A DNA stretch of 61,857 nt, the filler included. It is 7 parts of 7 records of this genome, joined end to end, with 100 filler letters (N's around TTAATTAATTAA, not from the genome) between each part and the next. Parts side by side here need not be neighbours in the genome. Positions count along the whole stretch, not along the records: positions 1 to 6,485 come from SRR31156797_27559; positions 6,586 to 20,673 come from SRR31156797_27565; 5 more parts are not named here. One strand, given 5' to 3'. Made by a program: the position numbers and the translations under genes. Every line of letters starts with the position of its first letter. The stretch's first letter is position 1. Below, one piece after another: positions 1 to 6,791 of this stretch. Under the pieces are notes generated by a model. It saw nothing but the letters and a program-made list of their open reading frames with translations, ran no database searches and had not been told where the DNA came from.

Positions 1-1
1 T

Positions 2-46
2 TATAGAACACTTTGTACGTTTAGGTTTAAAATTGAGAGGAAGTGA
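2..46 (+). repeat. Orphan peptide-coding junction element, copy 1 (YRTLCTFRFKIERK*), truncated by window start
   Basis: Aligns without gaps to 1309-1353: 7/14 aa identical, same TGA position, 29/45 nt. Confidence 0.6.
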
Positions 47-67
47 AATATCTCACAAATATAAAAA

Positions 68-955
68 TCAAGGATTGATATGATAAGATAATAATTTCAC
101 TTCTTTAGAATGATCACCATATACACCCCCCTCAATCAATCCAACATCCTTTTTTAACACCCAATATGAGGTATAAGCAAAATGAGATTGAGGCTTTTCT
201 CTAATAGCTACCGTGTCCTCGTCAGATTCAAACAGGAAAGGAACTCCCGTATAAAAGATAGAAGCACCAATGGCACTGATTCCCCCTGTTGATGTCCAAA
301 AATAAAAATACTCGTTACTGAATTCATCCCATTTTACTCTTCTAACTAATTTTGCCACATCATGAAATTCACGAGGGTACACATAGTTTGAATCATGACC
401 GTAACCAATAAATGTTCCATTAAAATCACATGATAAATATAGTGTATCATTCATTTCGTCATATTGAATTATTTCCCATATCTCACGGCCATTATATTGA
501 TACTCAGACCCATAAGCCCCTACTTCGTATTCCCATTTATTTCCAATAGCTATGGGGAAATAGTTATTATAATTACTGAAATCTATACTTAAATCTATTG
601 TTATTGAATCTTTGGTGATATTACCATCTGTATCTGACACCTCACATCGAACATTTATTATTAAATGATTATGATAGGGAATCAATATTGCTTGGTTTTG
701 TGATGAAATTAAATATCCGCTGTCATTATACCAATTATATGTAAGTGAATCATTATTACTGTCACTTGCAAAACAAATTATTTTCAACGTGTCCCCATTC
801 TTGTATTCATCAAACAACTCTAATACATTTAAAGAATCTATTACCGGTGCATGGTTTGTTTCAAAAGGTTCAAAGTTACAATTATAAAAAACCACTCCAA
901 GAAAACATATGATTAACAAGGAAAATATCTTTTTCTTTAGGGGAGTTTTTGCCAT
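68..955 (-). CDS. Hypothetical secreted/lipoprotein with Ig/PKD-like N-terminal module and YFPxxxGNxWxY domain
   Basis: 295 aa ORF; hydrophobic N-terminus ending FYNC; NHAPVI...D.NNDSLTYNW...VSD.DG Ig-like pattern; NYFPIAIGNKWEY motif; AT-rich. Confidence 0.7.
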   Translation of the reverse strand: MAKTPLKKKIFSLLIICFLGVVFYNCNFEPFETNHAPVIDSLNVLELFDEYKNGDTLKIICFASDSNNDSLTYNWYNDSGYLISSQNQAILIPYHNHLIINVRCEVSDTDGNITKDSITIDLSIDFSNYNNYFPIAIGNKWEYEVGAYGSEYQYNGREIWEIIQYDEMNDTLYLSCDFNGTFIGYGHDSNYVYPREFHDVAKLVRRVKWDEFSNEYFYFWTSTGGISAIGASIFYTGVPFLFESDEDTVAIREKPQSHFAYTSYWVLKKDVGLIEGGVYGDHSKEVKLLSYHINP

Positions 956-999
956 ATAAGCACCATACTTTAGTTTAATAATTATTTTTCTAACTTTAT

Positions 1000-1028
1000 A
1001 AGATAGAATTTACCAATAATAATGTCAA
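1000..1028 (-). promoter_or_regulatory. Sigma70-type promoter for 68-955
   Basis: TTGACA (1028-1023), 17 nt, TATCTT (1005-1000). Confidence 0.55.
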
Positions 1029-1111
1029 TAACTTAAAGTAGCTGCCTGTTCACCCGAAACGTCAGTAGATTATTTATAACTGTCTATATGGCTAAAAAAT
1101 TAATTCTCGGT

Positions 1112-1155
1112 GAGATCCTGAATAAACATGCCGACGGCATATTTTTCAGGATGAC
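1112..1155. repeat. Palindromic intergenic element GAGATCCTGAA...TTCAGGATGAC with inner ATGCC-GAC-GGCAT hairpin
   Basis: Nested inverted repeats visible in the sequence. Confidence 0.55.
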
Positions 1156-1172
1156 TATGTGTATGTGGTTTG

Positions 1173-1202
1173 GTATACGGAACAGGCATGCCTGTTCCCT
1201 AC
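1173..1202. repeat. GTAG-family REP-like palindrome
   Basis: Perfect palindrome GGAACAGGCATGCCTGTTCC followed by CTAC (GTAG on the minus strand). Confidence 0.65.
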
Positions 1203-1257
1203 ACTCCGCATCTCCCCCTCTCCCCCTCTCAGTGCTCCCCCTCAGCTTTTTGTTCAC

Positions 1258-1286
1258 AAAAAGCAAAAACCGCCAATGGCGGTTTT
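1258..1286 (-). terminator. Rho-independent terminator at cassette junction
   Basis: AAAACCGCC-AAT-GGCGGTTTT stem with T-runs on the minus strand. Confidence 0.7.
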
Positions 1287-1287
1287 A

Positions 1288-1353
1288 ATGCGGGGACAAC
1301 GAGAGCCGCACCGAACTCTGTTGATTATTAGGGTTAAGTTGGATAGAAAGTGA
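1288..1353 (+). repeat. Degenerate copy of tRNA-Asp 3' end (att-like) fused to orphan peptide tail, copy 2 (MRGQREPHRTLLIIRVKLDRK*)
   Basis: 1288-1311 matches 2374-2397 at 16/24 nt without gaps (shared GCGGG and ACGAGAG); 1309-1353 is homologous to 2-46. Confidence 0.6.
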
Positions 1354-1452
1354 TCATTTACGAGGGGTTAGGAGTGAATAAAATTCTTATTTAAGGATTA
1401 ACGTATATTATTAGTTCAAAATGCCTGATTATTCGGGAGAAGGTTATCAAAT

Positions 1453-2184
1453 TCAATTAAATGAAAATCCGCATTCAAAATTTATTGCATTCAAATTTAT
1501 CCAATTATCTTTATAATCTACACTTCCCATTGATTGTATTTTTTTTATATGATTAGTGTATGTAATTGCGCAAGATAATCTGTCAGATATTAGTTTGATC
1601 CCGCCATGGACAATCAAGCCCGAATTAACAACATCAGAAATACCATCTGTATACCCTGTTAGACATTCAATATTATCAATGGTATCATCATAATAAACAA
1701 ATTCACCCCAATCATACATTGTATTATCGAAAAGATAATGGAATAGCGCATAACCCATACCAACAAACGGTGCAATGGAAAGAGATTGGTTTATTTCTAA
1801 TAAATATTCTAGTAGTAAATTTAGCTCAATAATATCATAGTTAAGATAAATATCTGAATCACGATGTACCATATCACCTGGCATCACTAGTAAAATATCC
1901 TTATTTAAAATTTCCATTTTGATATCCGTGTATTTTAATCCATATTGCAGGAAGAAATTTTTTCCTAAATGCTTTTTTCGATAATACCCTAAATTGAAGC
2001 TCATTTTTCCAATTTCATCATTTGCAAAAAGTTGAGATCTATTTAAGCCAACAAAGACGGTATTTTTATAATAAGATTTTTCGGAAAGAGAATCAATACC
2101 ATCATTTGCATATATTTGTGTTAAAAAAACAAATAAAACAATTAACGCAATTTTTACTGTAGTTTTTTTACTTGTTTTATTCAT
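1453..2184 (-). CDS. Putative outer-membrane beta-barrel protein
   Basis: Signal peptide (IYA/ND), alternating aromatic beta-strands, C-terminus FECGFSFN; AT-rich. Confidence 0.7.
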   Translation of the reverse strand: MNKTSKKTTVKIALIVLFVFLTQIYANDGIDSLSEKSYYKNTVFVGLNRSQLFANDEIGKMSFNLGYYRKKHLGKNFFLQYGLKYTDIKMEILNKDILLVMPGDMVHRDSDIYLNYDIIELNLLLEYLLEINQSLSIAPFVGMGYALFHYLFDNTMYDWGEFVYYDDTIDNIECLTGYTDGISDVVNSGLIVHGGIKLISDRLSCAITYTNHIKKIQSMGSVDYKDNWINLNAINFECGFSFN

Positions 2185-2326
2185 TTTTATTCAACCTGTT
2201 TAGATGCATTAGTGCGTCTAAAAATCTTCAAAGTTAATTATTAAAATTTCATAGTAAGTTAAGAGATACATTTTAATTTACCAAGTATGATTGTATGCAA
2301 CTTTAACCCGGTGGCTTTTTCATACC

Positions 2327-2367
2327 AAAATAAAAAACGGTCGTTGAACAAGTGTTCTGTACGACCG
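2327..2367 (-). terminator. Hairpin/terminator downstream of tRNA-Asp
   Basis: CGGTCGT...ACGACCG stem with inner GAACA/TGTTC, then T-run on the minus strand. Confidence 0.6.
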
Positions 2368-2373
2368 CTGTTA

Positions 2374-2450
2374 TGGCGGGACTGACGAGAGTCGAACTCG
2401 CAACTTCCGGCGTGACAGGCCGGTGCTCTAACCAGTTGAACTACAGCCCC
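2374..2450 (-). tRNA. trnD: tRNA-Asp (GUC)
   Basis: GGGGCTGTAGTTCAACTGGTTAGAGCACCGGCCTGTCACGCCGGAAGTTGCGAGTTCGACTCTCGTCAGTCCCGCCA; cloverleaf, GTC anticodon, encoded CCA. Confidence 0.97.
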
Positions 2451-2465
2451 GTGAAAAAGCTGACT

Positions 2466-2494
2466 ATTATACGGCATAAAGCATAATTAGTCAA
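2466..2494 (-). promoter_or_regulatory. Sigma70 promoter of tRNA-Asp
   Basis: TTGACT, 17 nt, TATAAT just upstream of the tRNA. Confidence 0.75.
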
Positions 2495-2556
2495 TAACTT
2501 TTTATCATTTGTGAATTTTTTGTTCAAGACAACCCTTGAATAATTAACAATTGAAC

Positions 2557-2580
2557 CCTCCGTAGCTTTAGCGAAGGAGG
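2557..2580. repeat. Small imperfect palindromic element CCTCCGTAGCTTTAGCGAAGGAGG
   Basis: GC-rich hairpin in an AT-rich intergenic region. Confidence 0.45.
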
Positions 2581-2705
2581 AAACAATCGAAGGAAATATC
2601 GAATAACGATTTACGAGGGATATTGAACTGCTACGCAGTTCGTTTATAAAGAAAAATCGATTTCTACTATATTCGACTACTATGTAGTCTCTTTAATTTT
2701 ACTCC

Positions 2706-2743
2706 ATTCACGACCTTTCACGTTTCACGTCTTACGTCTCACG
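2706..2743. repeat. Degenerate heptamer tandem repeat (TTTCACG/TCTTACG/TCTCACG)
   Basis: attcacg-acc-tttcacg-tttcacg-tcttacg-tctcacg. Confidence 0.6.
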
Positions 2744-2810
2744 TCCTATTTTTTGTTTGCATTTACTTGCACAAATCGTATTTTTATATGATACACACAG
2801 GAGAACGCTA

Positions 2811-4628
2811 ATGAATTACCAATTAGACTACTTAAAAACGATGCCGGAAGTTTTTGCCGATGCGCTGCTTGGCGGCATGGACCGTAAACTTTACAATGTA
2901 AAAAGAAATGAAAAATGGGTCAGCTTTACCTATCGTGACGTTAATGAAAACATCCAACGGATCGGTTTTGGACTTTACGCTCTTGGAGCTAAAGCCAAGG
3001 ATCGTGTGGGTATCCTTTCAGAGAATCGACCGGAATGGAATATGTTCGACCTGGCTTGCGCTCATTTCAACATCACCTCTGTCCCGGTTTATCAAACTTG
3101 TATTCCCAAACAGATCGAATTCATTCTTAACCACGCCAAGGTTAAAATTCTGGTAGTTTCTTCAAAAGAGCAGGCCGAAAAGGTCATCTCAATCAAGAGC
3201 ACCCTTAAAGAACTTAAATACATGGTTATCTTAAATGATCATGATTATGATGACAACTGGATCATCTCCTGGGATGATATGCTGAAAAAAGGCGATGAAG
3301 AAAAAGAGACATCAAAACTCACTATGCTGGAAATCGCAGCCAAGGTGAAACCGGAAGATCTTTTCAGCATCATCTATACCTCGGGTACTTCCGGTGATCC
3401 CAAAGGTGTGATGATCTCACAATTCAATATGGCTTCCAACGTTCAGCAGTCACAAGCTGCCATTGGGTTCCAGAAAAATAAGAAATGGCTGTCATTTTTA
3501 CCACTGGCACACAGTTTTGAACGTGTAACTTCCCTGTTTAGCATGTGGATCGGTGCAAATATCTACTTTGCCGAGAGTATTGCAAAAGTTGCAGGAAACA
3601 TGAAAGAAGTAAAACCTCAGTATATGACCACGGCTCCCCGTCTTCTTGAAAAGGTCTACGCGGGTGTTCAGGAAAAGGTCGCCTTGGGTTCACCTATAAA
3701 GCAAAAAATATTTGCTTCGGCACAACGCACAGCGCATGAGGTTGTTTCGAAGTATTTGTCCAAGAACAAAAAGCCAAAAGCTTTGCTTGCCGCACGCTAT
3801 GCGCTGGCAAAAAAATTGGTATTCAATAAGGTCGCTGATGTTTTCGGTGGCGAATTTATTCAATGTGTCAGCGGCGGTGCTCCCCTTTCCGAAGAAGTGG
3901 GTGAATTCATTACCGCAGCCGGTATTGATATAATCGAGGGTTACGGTTTAACGGAAATGTCTCCGGTCACTCACGTCAATCCACCACATATGGATACTAA
4001 ATGGGGAACGGTCGGCCCGGCGGTTCCTGATGTGCAAACCAAGATCGCTGAAGACGGTGAGATCCTGCTTAAAGGACCAAACCGCATGGAAAAATATTAC
4101 GATAATCCGGAAGAAACCGCTGAAGCCATCGATCAGGATGGTTGGTTCCATACCGGTGATATCGGTTTCGTTGATGAAGATGGTTATCTTAAGATCACCG
4201 ACCGCAAGAAGAACATCATCGTTACGGCCGGCGGCAAGAACATTGCTCCTGCTGCTGTGGAACGTGAGATTTGTTCTTCCAAATTCATTGAACAGGCCGT
4301 CGTGATCGGCGACAGGCGTAAATATCTTGTAGCCGTTCTGGTTCCTGCAGTGGATATCTTTGCAAAATGGGGTAAAATGCAAGATCCTGCGGTTGAACTG
4401 AACAGCTATGACGATGTTGCCAAATTCGATGCCGTGCATAAATTGATCAAAGATGAACTTGAAGCTCACCAACAGGAATTAGCCCGTTACGAACAGATCA
4501 AGTATTTCTTTATAGCACCTCAGCCTTTCGCTATTGATACCGGTGAAATGACGGCCAGCATGAAGATCAAACGTAAACATATTATCGAGAAATACAGCGA
4601 AGAGATCGAAAAACTTTACAACAACTGA
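2811..4628 (+). CDS. Long-chain fatty acid-CoA ligase (AMP-forming), paralog 1
   Basis: YTSGTSGDPKG, EGYGLTE, GWFHTGDIG and ITDRKK motifs; ATG 2811 follows AGGAG. Confidence 0.92.
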   Translation: MNYQLDYLKTMPEVFADALLGGMDRKLYNVKRNEKWVSFTYRDVNENIQRIGFGLYALGAKAKDRVGILSENRPEWNMFDLACAHFNITSVPVYQTCIPKQIEFILNHAKVKILVVSSKEQAEKVISIKSTLKELKYMVILNDHDYDDNWIISWDDMLKKGDEEKETSKLTMLEIAAKVKPEDLFSIIYTSGTSGDPKGVMISQFNMASNVQQSQAAIGFQKNKKWLSFLPLAHSFERVTSLFSMWIGANIYFAESIAKVAGNMKEVKPQYMTTAPRLLEKVYAGVQEKVALGSPIKQKIFASAQRTAHEVVSKYLSKNKKPKALLAARYALAKKLVFNKVADVFGGEFIQCVSGGAPLSEEVGEFITAAGIDIIEGYGLTEMSPVTHVNPPHMDTKWGTVGPAVPDVQTKIAEDGEILLKGPNRMEKYYDNPEETAEAIDQDGWFHTGDIGFVDEDGYLKITDRKKNIIVTAGGKNIAPAAVEREICSSKFIEQAVVIGDRRKYLVAVLVPAVDIFAKWGKMQDPAVELNSYDDVAKFDAVHKLIKDELEAHQQELARYEQIKYFFIAPQPFAIDTGEMTASMKIKRKHIIEKYSEEIEKLYNN

Positions 4629-4652
4629 TAAACCATTTCACAGGAGGTTATT

Positions 4653-6467
4653 ATCAGCTATTCTTTGAATTACATCAAGACGATGCCTGCACTTTATGCA
4701 GATGCATTATCAAAACGCCCGGACGTTAAACTTTACAATTACAAGTCAAAAGGTGAATGGAAAAGCCACACTTATCAGGAAGTTTATAATTTACTGCCTG
4801 ATCTTGGTTTTGGTTTACTAGCGCTGGGAATTAAAGAGCAGGAAAAAGTGGGCATACTGTCCGAGAATCGACCGGAATGGTGTTTCTTTGACTGGACCTG
4901 TGCTCATTTTAACTTTGTTTCGGTTCCTGTCTACCAGACATCCATTCCAAAACAAATAGAGCATATTCTCAATCATTCCGGGGCTAAGGTCGTGATCGCC
5001 AGTGACGAAGAACAACTTAGCAAGTTGCGCTCCATCAAAAGCAAGATCAAAGCCGTAAAATATGTCGTGATGCTGGACAACAAAAAGCGTGATGAGGCGT
5101 GGATCCTTACTTTGAAAGAATTGAAAAAAATGGGTAAGGAAAAAAGGAAAGAATCCTCCGTCACTATGCAAGATATTGCAGCAAAGATCAAGCCGGACAA
5201 TCTTTGGAGTATTATTTATACTTCCGGTTCCACCGGTGATCCCAAAGGTGTGATGATCTCGCAGTTCAATGTGGCAGCAAATGTTCAGCAAACGCAGGCA
5301 CACACACAATTCAAGGCAAATAAACGCTGGCTGTCATTCCTCCCCTTAAGCCATACCTTTGAGCGTGTAACTTCCTTGTTCAGTTTTTGGGTCGGTGCCG
5401 AGATCTACTTTGCGGAAAGCATTGTAAAAGTACCTGACAACCTTAAAGAGGTCAAACCGCATTTTATGACGACCGTACCGCGTCTTTTAGAAAAAATATA
5501 TGCCACTGTGATCGAACAAGTTTTAGCAGGACCTGCCGCAAAACAGGAGATATTCAACTGGGCGCAAAAAGTCGGACATAAAGCGGTTGTTAAATATTTA
5601 AAAGACAACAAGACACCATTGGGTCCGACCGGGATCAAGTATGGTATTGCCAAGAAACTGGTCTTTAACAAGATCGCCGCTGTTTTTGGCGGTGAATTCA
5701 AGCGATGCGTCAGCGGTGGCGCTCCTCTCGCTCCCGAGATCGGTGAATTTTTCCTGATGTCGGGTATCCGTGTTATGGAAGGCTATGGTTTAACGGAAAT
5801 GACGCCTGTTACTCATGCAAATCGTAATGATCATCTTGAGTTCGGTACCGTTGGTAAAGCTCTTCCGGATGTACAGACAAAGATCGCCGATGATGGCGAG
5901 ATCTTGCTGAACGGTCCTAACAAGATGCAGGGTTATTACAAAGCTCCTGCCGAAACGGCTGAAGCGATTGACAAGGATGGCTGGTTCCATACCGGTGATA
6001 TCGGGTTCATTGATGAAGATGGTAATTTGAAGATCACAGATCGAAAGAAAAACATCATTGTCACTGCCGGAGGTAAGAATATTGCGCCTGCAGGTGTTGA
6101 ACGGGAAATATGTTCATCGAAATATATCGAACAAGCTGTTGTCGTTGGTGACCGAAGAAAATATCTGGTCGCGATCGTTGTTCCCTCTTTAGATATTGTA
6201 AACAAATGGGGTAAAAAACTTGACACTCCTATGGAATTTGAGACATATAAAGATATGGCAAAATCTAAAGATGTGGAAAAATTGATAAGAGACGAACTGG
6301 ATGTGCATCAAGGAGAACTGGCTCGCTATGAACAGATCAAGTATTTCTTCATTGCGCCCCAGCCATTTGCTATTGAAACAGGTGAACTGACTGCAAGCAT
6401 GAAGATCAAACGCAATGAGATCATCAATAAATACGATCTGGAAATCGAAGAGCTTTATAATAATTAG
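4653..6467 (+). CDS. Long-chain fatty acid-CoA ligase, paralog 2 (start ATC 4653 or TTG 4665)
   Basis: YTSGSTGDPKG, EGYGLTE, GWFHTGDIG; colinear with paralog 1. Confidence 0.92.
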   Translation: MSYSLNYIKTMPALYADALSKRPDVKLYNYKSKGEWKSHTYQEVYNLLPDLGFGLLALGIKEQEKVGILSENRPEWCFFDWTCAHFNFVSVPVYQTSIPKQIEHILNHSGAKVVIASDEEQLSKLRSIKSKIKAVKYVVMLDNKKRDEAWILTLKELKKMGKEKRKESSVTMQDIAAKIKPDNLWSIIYTSGSTGDPKGVMISQFNVAANVQQTQAHTQFKANKRWLSFLPLSHTFERVTSLFSFWVGAEIYFAESIVKVPDNLKEVKPHFMTTVPRLLEKIYATVIEQVLAGPAAKQEIFNWAQKVGHKAVVKYLKDNKTPLGPTGIKYGIAKKLVFNKIAAVFGGEFKRCVSGGAPLAPEIGEFFLMSGIRVMEGYGLTEMTPVTHANRNDHLEFGTVGKALPDVQTKIADDGEILLNGPNKMQGYYKAPAETAEAIDKDGWFHTGDIGFIDEDGNLKITDRKKNIIVTAGGKNIAPAGVEREICSSKYIEQAVVVGDRRKYLVAIVVPSLDIVNKWGKKLDTPMEFETYKDMAKSKDVEKLIRDELDVHQGELARYEQIKYFFIAPQPFAIETGELTASMKIKRNEIINKYDLEIEELYNN

Positions 6468-6485
6468 AATTCCAATACACAGGAG

Positions 6486-6585
6486 NNNNNNNNNNNNNNN
6501 NNNNNNNNNNNNNNNNNNNNNNNNNNNNNTTAATTAATTAANNNNNNNNNNNNNNNNNNNNNNNNNNNNNNNNNNNNNNNNNNNN
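6486..6585. other. Artificial contig linker
   Basis: 44 N + TTAATTAATTAA + 44 N; stop codons in all frames. Confidence 0.98.
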
Positions 6586-6715
6586 CAATGTTCACCAAAG
6601 GTCAGTCCATCCAGCTTCAGTTTCTTCAGTGTTTTGGCAATGAATATAGGCTACTATAATTCATAGTCAAAAACTTTGAACCTGAAGCCGCCTGAACTGA
6701 TGATAAATCCGGGCT
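6586..6715. repeat. Long imperfect palindromic (MITE-like) element at contig end
   Basis: GCTTCAG..TTCAGTGTTTTGGCAATGAATATAG pairs with CTATAATTCATAGTCAAAAACTTTGAA..CTGAAGC (6614-6688). Confidence 0.5.
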
Positions 6716-6726
6716 GTTACGCAGAT

Positions 6727-6764
6727 AAAAAACCCCCTTCGCCATGTAAACGAAAGGGGTTTTT
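6727..6764 (-). terminator. Rho-independent terminator after putA
   Basis: AAAAACCCCCTTCG...CGAAAGGGGTTTTT. Confidence 0.75.
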
Positions 6765-6791
6765 CATTTATACGTGACCTGTTAACTCGCT

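Noticed and set aside
1084-1353. Short ORFs 1084-1266, 1088-1288 and 1159-1353 as genes
   Set aside because: They read through palindromic repeats and a terminator. Only 1288-1353 shows protein-level signal and is treated as an orphan tail.
1-2450. Classical integron with attC sites
   Set aside because: No intI gene and no RYYYAAC...GTTRRRY attC structure was recognised; the complete junction resembles the tRNA end instead.
2259-2477. 72-aa ORF
   Set aside because: It is a translation of tRNA-Asp.
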